A stretch of DNA of 64,000 bases. Source: Octopus vulgaris. Lineage: Eukaryota. Below the pieces are notes generated by a model that made no database searches, was not told the origin of the DNA, and worked only from the letters and a program-made list of their open reading frames with translations. Below are positions 26,515-40,321 of this stretch, in pieces; the stretch's first letter is position 1; the number at the start of each line of letters is the position of its first letter. The DNA is taken from NCBI GenBank assembly GCA_951406725.2, contig OX597820.1:122884001-122948000 (forward strand), in the 5' to 3' direction. The position numbers and the translations under genes were made by a program.

Positions 26515-27472
26515 ATCCTGTAAGGCTAGAGATGGGAGCGATGACCTCCCCTCACAAATACTAATCGGGCACAGAATGCGTATCGTTAGCCAGCTGGAAG
26601 AGATGTCTTTCTGAGGCTATAAACGTCAGCTAGAAGAGATGGCTTCTTCTGTGTGTGTGTGTGTGTGTGTGTGTGTTTGTGTGTATTTGTGTGTGTATGT
26701 GTGTGTGTGCGTGCATGTATATATGTATCTATTAATACGTATGTATATTGTAAGCTCGTATTTCAGGATTTATTCTACCTCACTCTTAAAAATAGACCAC
26801 AATACTTCGGAGAAATTTAGCCAAGAAATGTTCGTATCGTAGCTTGAGTTCAACGCGGCTGCGAACTATTTTACACCAGATAAACGATATTAAGTACCTG
26901 CTCCACTGGCATTTAACACGCTTGTGTAAGATAGCATAAACTGTAAAACTGTGATTAATTTAGAAAGGAAACAATTAGCTAATTGTTGAAGCATATGATT
27001 ATATTTTAGACTCAATGAAGATAATACACAAAATTGGCTGAAGTATGTGAAATCATTTGCTTTGAGAGAAAAAATATACGTCTGTCTAACATAAAGGATG
27101 CTTGCATGTCAATGACGTCTATTTCCATTTATTTATATTCATTGATAACTTAGACTTGTGGCTCTTGGTAAAAAAAAAAAGACGATGAATATCGGCAAGA
27201 GAAAGAAATTACTAAAACAAAAAGAATAACACATAAATAAGGATTTCTTTCTATTATTTCATCTAAAAATAATGAAAACAATGATAAGCTTAAAAGAAAA
27301 AGAATTGTCCAGCCTTTCGCCTGGCGATACATTTACGATGTAGCAACGTTTATCATGATATTGTTTATTGTCTGTCATTCAATGGAAACGTAGCATCTGG
27401 GTGGGCGATATTATGTTGTATTTGGTGGTGCCTTACTGCTTCGAGAAGAACGAGTTCAATGTATCTTTTGTT

Positions 27473-27778
27473 GGAGGCACATGGCTTAGTGGTTAGAGCA
27501 ACGGACTCGCAGTCGAGGGATCGCGTGTTCGAATCCCAGACCGGGCGATGTGTGTGTTTATGAGCGAAAACACCTAAGCTCCACGCGGTTCCGGCAGAAA
27601 GTAATGGCGAACTTCTGCTGACTCTTTCGCCACAACTTTCTCTCCCTCTTTCCTCCTGCATCTTGCAGCTCACCTGCGACGGACCGGCGTCCCGTCCAGG
27701 TGGGGAACCTATACGCCAAGAAACTGGCATACCGACCCTAATGAGCCAGGCATGGCTCGAGAAGGAACAAACAACAAA
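27473..27778 (+). mobile_element. SINE with family D head and a different 3' tail
   Basis: The 5' ~180 bp match 21638-21999 (rc). The tail ..GGCATGGCTCGAGAAGGAACAAACAACAA is unrelated. Confidence 0.85.
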
Positions 27779-27779
27779 T

Positions 27780-28260
27780 GTACGTGGTTGATGCCACGTA
27801 CATTTAACAGGAATGTCGAGGTAAAGGTAGTTTGATGTTTGCATTGTTCTAAGTTATGTTTTATATTATTCAGAGGTAGCAATGAGGGTAGTTTTTGTAT
27901 GGAATTGTGTGTGTATGATTTTCTAGATGGTGGTGGGTGGGTGTTCCTTGTGTTTTGCATAAATGGTTGCTGACAGCTTGTTGGATCTCCTGGCTTAGGT
28001 CGGCCTTCATATTTTCTAGATAAGTTAGTAAAAAAGAGTTGCCTCTTTGGTTTGCCATTTGGTCAGCAGATACATAGTTCATGTATATATTATTTGGTGT
28101 TATGGTCTTTCCATAGTTCTGTCTTCGTTGTTTGGTTTTGGGAGGTGAAATGTTGTTGTATTTTGTTTTTGTCGTTGTTGTAGGTCTCCTCTATTGCTGT
28201 TTATATTCATTTTTCGATCGCTTTGTGCCTTTCAGAGGGTGCTGGCTGCATATTACATAT
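27780..28260 (-). mobile_element. Probable LINE ORF1 C-terminus and ORF2 (APE endonuclease) start
   Basis: HPLKGTKR..FLLTYLENMKADL, then FLLNVRGIN (the NVRG motif at the APE N-terminus). Confidence 0.45.
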
Positions 28261-28308
28261 AAAATAATGATGATGATAATAGGGAGTATAACTCCAAACT
28301 TACAGGGA

Positions 28309-28339
<31 letters not shown>

Positions 28340-28441
28340 ATTCATATATATATACATACACACACATACATACATACATGCATACATACACACACATATA
28401 CGTCTGTATAGGTATATATATGATATGTATGTATGTAAATT

Positions 28442-28491
<50 letters not shown>

Positions 28492-28649
28492 ATGAGAGAA
28501 AGAGAGTGATAGATAGAGAGATATACATACATACTCCATAGACACGTAGACATACATCACCATCCCGTATACATCCATCTAGAATCATACTTATATATAC
28601 GCATTCATACGCGTATGTACACAAATATATGAATATATGTACGTGTGTA

Positions 28650-28710
<61 letters not shown>

Positions 28711-28712
<2 letters not shown>

Positions 28713-29034
28713 GACCCCCTTCGGTCATGAATGACCATGGGATTGCACCTAGAAAGTTACCCTCCTAGACACAAGTCCGGGCAAGGTTGTTTATGGAAGG
28801 CCAGCAGTCGCCCATGCATACCAGCCTCCCTCTCCACGCCACCAGTGTTATCCAAAGGAAAGGCAAAGGTCGATACAGCTTGGCACCAGTGACGTCGCAA
28901 CTCATTTCTACAGCTGAGTGAACTGGAGCAACGTGAAATAAAGTGCCTTGCTCGAGAACACAACACGCAGCCCGGTCCGGGATTCGAGCTCACAACCTCA
29001 CGATCGTAAGCTCGACGCTCTAACCACTGAGCCA

Positions 29035-29036
<2 letters not shown>
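28711..29036 (-). mobile_element. SINE family A within (TA)n
   Basis: Reverse complement of 30819-31160. tRNA-like head CATGGCTCAGTGGTTAGAGCG. Confidence 0.92.
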
Positions 29037-29110
<74 letters not shown>

Positions 29111-29675
29111 GTATGAATGTATGTATATGTATGTAGTTATGTATGTATGTATACGTGTATCTATGAATGTATGTATATATACGTAAGTATATGTGATGAG
29201 ACATAGTAATATGGAAGACATCAAACATTTTATATTATTATGTTAAACTCCTCTCACCATCAAAATTCCAAGTGACCAAAGCTTCTTGTTCATCAGTGCC
29301 CTTTTTTCTGACTTCCAAAATGTCAAGGATAGGACTCGTCGGCGCCACTCTTGTGCAAATATTCGCAAGACAAACACGCCACTTCATAACTATTCTATTA
29401 CCATTTCAATTCCAGTTTCAATTGTTGGAAACGACGAGCTTTTTGATGTCTCAATAGATTTTTACTTTTTTTCCGACTGACTTTCTCCTCCAATTTTTCT
29501 ACTAGTGTCTTCTAATTGTCTCTATGTATTTATGGCAATCAAGCCATATCTCTATAGCAATGTATCAATTGTACATACACACACACACACACGCACAACC
29601 ACTCACTCACACACACACACACAAACACTCACACACACACACACATATATATACGTACGTATACGTTATTTATAT

Positions 29676-29708
<33 letters not shown>

Positions 29709-29821
29709 CATAGATACGCAGACATACATCACTCTCCCGTATACATCCATCTAGAAGCATACTTACATATACGCATTCATACGTGTATGTACACAAATAT
29801 ATGAATATATGTACGTGTATA

Positions 29822-29851
<30 letters not shown>

Positions 29852-29857
<6 letters not shown>

Positions 29858-29969
29858 AAGGAGCTTCTACAGGACTAGAACTGTTTCATTCAAAAGAAAT
29901 CATCAGGAAGCTTCCTGACTATTTCTTTTGAATGAAACTGTTCTAGTCCTGTAGAAGCTCCTTCTATAA
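29852..29969. ncRNA. 118-bp near-perfect palindrome of two back-to-back hammerhead motifs (PLE-type inverted pLTR)
   Basis: Minus strand 29862-29912: AGCTTC-CTGATGA-tTTC tttt GAAt-GAAACAG..CTGTA-GAAGCT. The plus-strand copy (29909-29959) has core CTGACTA. Confidence 0.7.
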
Positions 29970-30238
29970 AATAAATTAATTTACTCTGCTATGTATTGAG
30001 TACCTTAGTTACTGTGGTTAACCCCGACTCAACTCGGGACCTAGATATATATATATATATATATATATATATCTGTATATATTGAGAGATTAATCAGCCG
30101 AAGATATATAGGATTAATCAGCCGAAATTGCGAAGATGATCCGGTTCTTGACTGGAGATTGATGGCTTCGAATGTCTCGTCCGTCTTTTTGTATCGTCTT
30201 CTAAATGTTTTGCGTTCTTGTCCCACTTTGTATTTTAT

Positions 30239-30818
<580 letters not shown>

Positions 30819-31158
30819 GGCGCATGGCTCAGTGGTTAGAGCGTCGAGCTTACGATCGTGAGGTTGTGAGCTCGAATCCTGGACGGGGCTGCGTGTTGTG
30901 TTCTTGAGCAAGGCACTTTATTTCACGTTGCTCCAGTTCACTCAGCTGTAGAAATGAGTTGCGACGTCACAGGTGCCAAGCTGTATCGGCCCTTGCCTTT
31001 CCCTTGGACAACATCGGTGACGTGGAGAGGGAGGCCGGTATGCATGGGCGACTGCTGGTCTTCCATAAAAAAAACAACCTTGCCCAGACTTGTGCCTCAG
31101 AAGGTATCTCTCTAGGTGCAAACCCATGGTCAGTGCCTGACCGAAGGGGGTCTTTACC

Positions 31159-31160
<2 letters not shown>
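30819..31160 (+). mobile_element. SINE family A within (TA)n
   Basis: GGCGCATGGCTCAGTGGTTAGAGCG..CTCGAATCC head and central GTGTTCTTGAGCAAGGCACTTTA..CTCAGCTGTAGAAATGAGT (CORE-like) domain. Confidence 0.92.
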
Positions 31161-31250
<90 letters not shown>

Positions 31251-31257
<7 letters not shown>

Positions 31258-31629
31258 AGGGCTTAGTAAAATAAATTACTTTGCCACATACTGAACTCAT
31301 TAGAAATAGCAGCTAAAGAAATTTCTTTAGCTATTTCTAATACTTAAAGAAGATTTCTCTCAGATAGTGTTTACTCAAAATAACCCACGAAGGTATGGGG
31401 GTAAAAACATTAAAAAATCAAGTGCAAAGGTTATTTGAGAACGTTCTCAATACCTAAAGAAATTTCTTTAGCTGCTATTTCTAATGAGTTCAGTATGTGG
31501 CAAAGTAATTTATTTTACTAAGCCCTTATATATAATGTAATATTTTGAATTCGCCTTAAATGGTCCCTTTACATACTGAATACTTGGTGAAATTGATTAA
31601 TAATTAATTAATTTTACCCTCAATTGTTG

Positions 31630-31630
<1 letters not shown>
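31251..31630. mobile_element. Element with a perfect 80-bp inverted repeat (PLE-like inverted terminal structure)
   Basis: 31251-31330 is the exact reverse complement of 31454-31533. A related sequence lies at 40519-40592. Confidence 0.6.
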
Positions 31631-31686
<56 letters not shown>

Positions 31687-31707
31687 GTATGTATGTGTGT
31701 AATAGAT

Positions 31708-32050
31708 GCAAGCGTGTCTGTGGAGTAAGAAGCTTGCTTCCCAACCACGTTGTTCCGGGTTCAGTCCCATTCTGTAGCGCTTTGAACAAATGTTTTCTAT
31801 TGTAGCCTCGGGCCGATTGAAGACTTGTGAGTGGATTTGGGAGACGGAAACTGAAAGATGCCCGTCGTATATACGTATATACATCTATGTGTGTATATGT
31901 GTGTTTTTCTAAACCTCCAGTCACGTCGAGCATACATACGCACAGGACGAAAAAAATCGTATATGTATGCGTATATGTGTGTATGTTTGTGTGTATGCGT
32001 GTTCGTTTGTGTTGATATTATTGCATGTGAATGGGCGCCAGTTAATGCTA
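31708..32050 (+). mobile_element. Degenerate SINE family C
   Basis: TTCCGGGTTCAGTCCCA..GCCTCGGGCCGA..GTGAGTGGATTTGG..GACGGAAACTGAAAGA. Confidence 0.8.
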
Positions 32051-32551
32051 GTTTTTTTAGCGAACCATATACAAAAAAAACCACACTCACACACACACAC
32101 ACACTGATCTAAACTGCTACATGTTTACATTCTTTACTTCGCTTATCTCATAGAACCATGAGATATGTTTGCGCTTTTTACACATTATATATCTTTGAGA
32201 GTGACTGAAACTTACACCCACATATTCACACACATATACACTCAGATCCGCACTCCTTGCCTGTCTTTATTCAATTCACACATATACACATATACATTTT
32301 TAGATTTGCGTTCATTGTTTGCATTCTTAGAAACATGTAGAAGACCCCACAAGCTACGCAGTAGTTGATCCCTTGAATACACATTTAAGGAAAGTAGTCC
32401 AAATTCACTAGCTTCAAGTGTCTCGTATTTTTGTGACTTTATACTGTTTAATATTCACGTCTGAATACGAACACGTGACCAATTTTGGATTCTGTAAATA
32501 TCTGAATTCATGAACACATATCCAACTTTGAAAATATTTTAATTTATAAAC

Positions 32552-32962
32552 GGATTTTTTCGGTTTGAGCGGCAGTTTTTTTCTAGCGGTGACATATGAA
32601 ATTGTCACCAATAATTATGATCCTAGTATCGATCTATTGCATTTCAATTTCTTTTAGGGTCAGGGTTAGTTAGGGTTAGGGGTGGGGGGAAGGGTATCTT
32701 TTTTTCTTCACAAATGTAAATAAACCCAATCTGTTTCTTAAACGAGGGACATATTAATACGGCACAGAATGTTGTTTACCTCAATAGACGTAAGTGATTG
32801 GTTGAAATATCAGAAATTGAAGAAAAAAAAAAACAAATATCTTGCTAACTATAGAATTTTCTCAATAAATCCAAGAGAAAAAGATGTTTTATAAACACAT
32901 TCTACTAGTATACGAAGTTTAAAATTTTTTAGTTACCTAGAAATTATGTTAAAAACTGCCGT
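32552..32962 (-). mobile_element. MITE with internal (TTAGGG)n, copy 1
   Basis: Reverse complement of 33404-33836. One TIR is truncated. Confidence 0.85.
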
Positions 32963-33403
32963 ATTATTATTATTATACACACACACATATGTATATATAT
33001 ATAATTTTGATACTAAATTAAGAATAACAACAGCAAATTCAATATGGTGACTGTGTATAGCGAAGGAGACTATAATAATACCTATCTTAAATTCAAGGTG
33101 AGCGAATCTTCAAGTCTTGAAAGGTGAATGCCGAAATTTCAAGAGCCAGTCAACAAGAATTCTACAATAAGCATACATATAAACTTATAACAATCTTAAT
33201 GTAAATACTATCAATTCACCATATAACAGAAAAAAATAATTATGTTCTCAGCCTCTGGTAATTCTAATAACAGACCAACTGCAACTATACAATATGGAAT
33301 CAGCAGGAGTGGGGAGCAACATACAGATGGCGCTCCGGTCCATCTCTAAGGAAAGTTTTGCCGAGTAAAAATACTAGAGAGTATCTTCGGATACAAAATA
33401 ACC

Positions 33404-33836
33404 GGATCTTTTCGGTTTGAACGGCAGTTTTTAACATAATTTCTAGGTAACTAAAAAATTTTAAACTTCGTATACTGGTCGAATGTGTTTATAAAACATC
33501 TTTTTCTCTTGGATTTATTGAGAAAATTTTATAGATTGTAAGATATTTGTTGTTTTTTCTTCTTCAATTACTGCAATTAAACCAATCACTGACGTCTATT
33601 GAGGTAAAAAACATTCTGTGCCGAATGGATATGTCTCTCGTTAAGAAACAGATTGGGTTTATTTACATTTGTGAAGAAAAAAAAGATACCCTTCTCCCCA
33701 CCCCTAACCCTAACCCTAACTAACCCTAATCCTAAAACAGATTGAAACGCAATAGATCGATACTAGGGTCATAATAATGGGTGACAATTTTATATGACAC
33801 CGCTAGAAAAAACTGCCGTTGAAACCGAAAAGATCC
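33404..33836 (+). mobile_element. MITE with ~27-bp TIRs and internal (CCCTAA)n, copy 2 (complete)
   Basis: GGATCTTTTCGGTTTGAACGGCAGTTTTT ... AAAAACTGCCGTTGAAACCGAAAAGATCC. Confidence 0.88.
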
Positions 33837-33879
33837 ACATAACCAATTGCCCCACCCATCAACGACATCAAAACGTGCT

Positions 33880-34130
33880 CTATGTTCTATGTCGTACAGG
33901 AAGTAGTCTGCAGTAAATGTGGAGCATCCTGCGTAGGGAGCACCGCCAGGAAATTGTACATCTGTATAAAAGAACATACCCTCACGGATACTTCAATAAC
34001 GAAACATCTGTCGAAGTGCCAAACCCAGAAATTTAAAGTTTGCATCAGGGCCATCTCAGAATCATGATGGCTCTCCTTCTCAAGAAATTCATACCAGTCA
34101 TTAACAACAGGAAAGAATTCTGAGGCACAC
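33880..34130 (+). mobile_element. Penelope-like GIY-YIG endonuclease remnant
   Basis: YVVQEVVCSKCGASCVGSTARKLYICIKEH resembles VVY..C..C..YVG.T.R.L..R..EH. Confidence 0.7.
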
Positions 34131-34404
34131 TGTTTGCTATTGCAACACCAGGCTGCATATTTCACGTTCTTTCTTCCTCCACCTTCCTTCTCCTTCCTTC
34201 TTCGTCCCCCTTCATTCTCCTTCCACCTTCCTTCTTCTTCTTCCTCTTCCTTCTTCCATCTCAACCCCCCCTTCACAAATCTGAGCAATGAGATTTTTGA
34301 ACTAATAGTTTCTTCCAACTGTCCTGAAGAAATCCTTTTGTAGTTTCTTTTCTACCTTGCGTTGTTCCGGCCATACGCAACAAATCCCTTAAAGTTATGC
34401 CATC

Positions 34405-36456
<2,052 letters not shown>

Positions 36457-36458
<2 letters not shown>

Positions 36459-37466
36459 GCTTGACATCATCAAGCACAGCAACATAAAAATCTTTGCAGA
36501 TGACTCCAAGCTACAGAAGGTCATAAATGAGGCGAGTGACCGGACATGCCTTCAGTCAGATCTACTGGCTGTTATCCAATGGGCAGAAAAAAACAATATG
36601 CTGCTGAACGAGGATAAATTTGAGCTAATCCACTTTGGAAAAGAGGATGCCCTGAAACTCCCATACTCCCTTCCTTCAGGTGAAACTCTCGCGGCGTCCA
36701 ACAACATCAGAGACTTGGGAGTAATTGTGGACAACACAAGCTGGGCCACTCATATAAACACCAAAGTTGACATGGCCCGCAGAATGTGTTCCTGGATTCT
36801 CAGAACTTTCCAGTCGAGAGATATCCACACCATTATCCTTCTCTTCTCCACTTTTGCCCGACCCCACCTTGAATACTGTTGTCCACTGTGGTCTCCCCAC
36901 ACAATACAAGGTATCATAAAAGTTGAAGCACCTCAAAGGGCAATCACAAAAAAGATAGATGGCATGACAGGCCTCGACTATTGGGGTCGGCTAGAAAAGC
37001 TAAAACTCTATTCTCTCCAACGTCGTCGTGAGCGCTACATCATCTGCATGATGTGGAAAATATTCCATCAGCATTGCCCAAATGATGTTGGCATCACCTT
37101 TAAGCTACATCCAAGGCTTGGGCCCCGTGCCATCCGCCCAAAACAAAAATCGCACTCTCATCTCATAACAACAATACGGCACAATTATTTCACCTCAATT
37201 GGCCCCGCTCTCTTTAACATTACACCAAAACACATTAAAACAGAAACTGACCCTATAGGGTTCAAGAAGTCTTTGGACAGATTCCTTCAAGAAATCCCGG
37301 ATAAACCCCCTACACCTGGATATGTCTCTGTAAACAATAACTCTCTACTTGAGTGGGCCATAGTGCCCAAATTCTGACTTGAAAGACTTCACCAGGTGGT
37401 GCTATTAAGTTAGACATGGCCTGGGCCAATAATGGCCGAAACCTATCAAAGTATCAAAGTATCAAA

Positions 37467-37468
<2 letters not shown>
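36457..37468 (+). mobile_element. 5'-truncated CR1-type LINE with open RT C-terminal frame (36457-37377) and (ATCAAAGT)3 tail
   Basis: [55 protein letters not shown]. Tandem 8-mer 3' tail. Embedded in (TA)n on both sides. Confidence 0.93.
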
Positions 37469-37517
<49 letters not shown>

Positions 37518-37551
37518 CATATATATATATACATATATATATACACATATA

Positions 37552-37583
<32 letters not shown>

Positions 37584-37590
37584 CATATAC

Positions 37591-37621
<31 letters not shown>

Positions 37622-37768
37622 CATATATACATATATATATATACATATATACATATATATATATACATATATATATACATATATATATATATACATATAT
37701 ATATACATATATACATATATATATATATACATATATATATACATATATATATATACATATATATATAC

Positions 37769-37806
<38 letters not shown>

Positions 37807-37841
37807 ATACATATATATATATATATACACATATATATAAA

Positions 37842-37919
<78 letters not shown>

Positions 37920-37966
37920 GAAAAAAAAAATACAAAGACGAATGTGAACAATTAATGATACATTTT

Positions 37967-38417
37967 ACGATATTGATAAGAAGACCATCGCGGTTTCGCC
38001 TCACAGTGAGACCCGGGCAGAAACGTTAGCACGGCGGGCGAAATGCGTAACCGTATTTCGTCTGCCGTTACGTTCTGAGTTCAAATTCCACTGAGGTCGA
38101 CTTTGGCTTTCATCCTTTCGGGGTCGATAAATTAAGTACCAGTTACGCACTGGGGTCGATATAATCGACTCAATCCGTTTGTCTGTCCTTATTTGTCCTC
38201 TCTGTGTTTAACCCCTTGTGGGTAGTAAAGAAATAGGTATTGCGTTTTAATGTGAAAAAGTCACTGTTCGTCTCACAGCGGGAGTGAGTCGAACAGCTTC
38301 ATTCTCATAAATTATTAATCAATCCATCAATCATACATCATTTGTTTTGCGTTCCCGTTTTGTCTTGTTTTGTCCCCTCTGTGTAATCAGGCCATTGTGC
38401 CTATAATAAAGAGAAAA
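37967..38417 (+). mobile_element. 3' end of a second copy of the Tx1-like element, interrupted by a SINE
   Basis: 37967-38015 plus 38236-38417 closely match 40031-40264. Confidence 0.8.
38016..38235 (+). mobile_element. SINE family B (5'-truncated)
   Basis: Matches the reverse complement of 2994-3215. Confidence 0.92.
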
Positions 38418-38434
38418 GGACTCGCTACCCTAGA

Positions 38435-40264
38435 TTTTTGTTGTTTATTGTGAGAAGGTGCTCGAAAGTTCGCGTGAGGCCGACGTTTGTCGGTGAAAGA
38501 AGAAATTGAAAATGAAGAGCTACACTAAAGTGACAGCGGAAGACCCGGAAAAAGAGAAATTAAGAAAGATAACACTGAAGTCGTTGAATTGGGACCCTGA
38601 AAAGATGAAGAGATACTTGAGCAAATTAGAAATAGAAGCAACGGATGTGAAGCTTGTAATGTCGGAGGAGAAAAAGAAAATGTTAAGGGATTCAACAAGA
38701 GTATACAGAACATTCTCCAACGAATCCAGGAGGATTGAAATAGCACCGGAATTTCAAATAGAAACAATGGTATCGTGCTGTATGGATAGAGTGGTTTTCA
38801 TAAATAGAGGAAGCCAATACGGCACGATAAATATTACATTTGAAAATGTGGAGGCGGCAAAGAAGAATGACCAAGTGATAGAAGGAAATAGGCGAACTCT
38901 CATTCCCGACAAACCAGGAAAAAAGTTTGGGAAAATTAGAGTTGGAAGAATCCCACCCATAATAGAGCCCGAATGGGTAATAGTGGGGATCTTCGGAAAG
39001 ATCTTGAAGAAAGGAAGTACAAAGTTAAACGTTCTAACAGCGAGTAAATCGCAATGTTTGAATTTTTGGGGTTATGAAATTGAAGCAGTTTGCGCTATAA
39101 CCGAAGAATACTATTAGGAAATACCGGAAACGGTAGAATTACCGACCGGTGAAAAGTTGGATATTGTGCTACAGGGAAGACCCCCAAAATGCTACATGTG
39201 TGGAATAAGGGGGCATATGTGAAGGAAATGCCCGAATACAGAAGTAGAGAAAAGGTTGCAAACAACGGTGGAAGAAAAAGCAGCCGATGAAGAGAAGATG
39301 GAGAACAATAATAGAACGAATATGGTGAAGAGAAGGGAGAGAGAACGTAAGAAGTCACCAAGTTTGGAAGAGGCAAACAGAGTAAAGGAGCGGCAGAGAA
39401 TACAACTTTTCAGAACGGTAACACCGAGGAGCCAACTATGGAAGGGATAGAGAGAGCGATGGAACTGCAAAACGAAGACGAAACAGAGCGAGAAAATTTA
39501 GAGTTGTGTGAGCTAAAAGATAGAGAACAAATGGAAGAGACGCATTTGAAAAAGTCACCAACTTTGGAAGAAACGGAAAAAAGTAGTGGAATGGCAGAGA
39601 ATATAACAGACCAGAACGGTAACACTGAGAGAATATATATGGAAGATGTGTTGAGAGCGATGAACCTGCAAAGCGAAGAAGAAGTGAGGCAGTGGTTTAG
39701 GCTCAAAGAAAAAGAACAGATGGAAGAGAAGTATTTGCAGTCGGGAGAAAATTGAGATACACAAACGGAGATGAACGAAGCAGTAGACTCGAGAAGAGAA
39801 ACACAAGAAAAGAAAGAGAACGAGAGGAAAATGAAATGTAACAACAATAAATGTGGGAAAAAAACGTAGACGGTAAGTATAATTACGAGTGTAAACGCAA
39901 CTAATTGTTTTAAAACAAATATGAATTGAACTGAGAATTGAACTTGTGTTATTTGTCTGTGAAATTTAATATATATAAAAAAAGAGGAAAATGTAACGCT
40001 GGAAAAAAAAAAGATAAAATAGAAAAGGAAACGATATTGATAAGAAGACCATCGCGGTTTCGCCTCACAGTGAGACCCGATGGTATTGAGAATTAATGTG
40101 AAAAACTTCACTGTTCGTCTCACAGCGGGAGTGATTCGAACAGCTTCATTCTCATCAATTATTAATCACTCCATCAATCATACATCATTTGTTTTATGTT
40201 CCCGTTTTGTCTTGTTTTGTCCCCTCTGAGTAATCAGGCCATTGTGCCTATGATAAAGAGAAGA
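38435..40264 (+). mobile_element. Non-autonomous Tx1/L1-like retroposon carrying only a decayed ORF1 (RRM-like plus zinc knuckle)
   Basis: ORF from 38512 read through stops: GTINITFEN..KIRVGRIPP..IPETVELPTGEKLDIVLQGRPPKCYMCGIRGHM*RKCP (CX2CX4HX4C), then an E/K-rich tail. No RT or endonuclease. Ends (A/G)ATAAAGAGAA. 17-bp flanking near-duplication. Confidence 0.7.
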
Positions 40265-40275
40265 GGACACACTAC

Positions 40276-40321
40276 CCTGGACTGACGACGGGCAAGACCC
40301 AGAAACATGCATGTCTCCAGG
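40276..40321 (+). ncRNA. Type I hammerhead ribozyme, intact core
   Basis: CCTGGA-CTGACGA-cGGG caaga CCCa-GAAAC-atgcat-GTC-TCCAGG. Perfect 6-bp helix I, palindromic ACATGCATGT helix III, GUC cleavage after 40315. Confidence 0.85.

Noticed and set aside
30819-30890. tRNA genes at SINE heads (also 21930-21999, 27473-27545, 6270-6345)
   Set aside because: They continue into SINE bodies, are multicopy, and lack a clean cloverleaf.
37967-40281. Gag-only LTR retrotransposon (TRIM/LARD) reading of the direct repeats
   Set aside because: No TG..CA ends or PBS. The repeats end in an AATAAA/A-rich LINE-like tail and the ORF resembles Tx1 ORF1. Disfavoured but not excluded.
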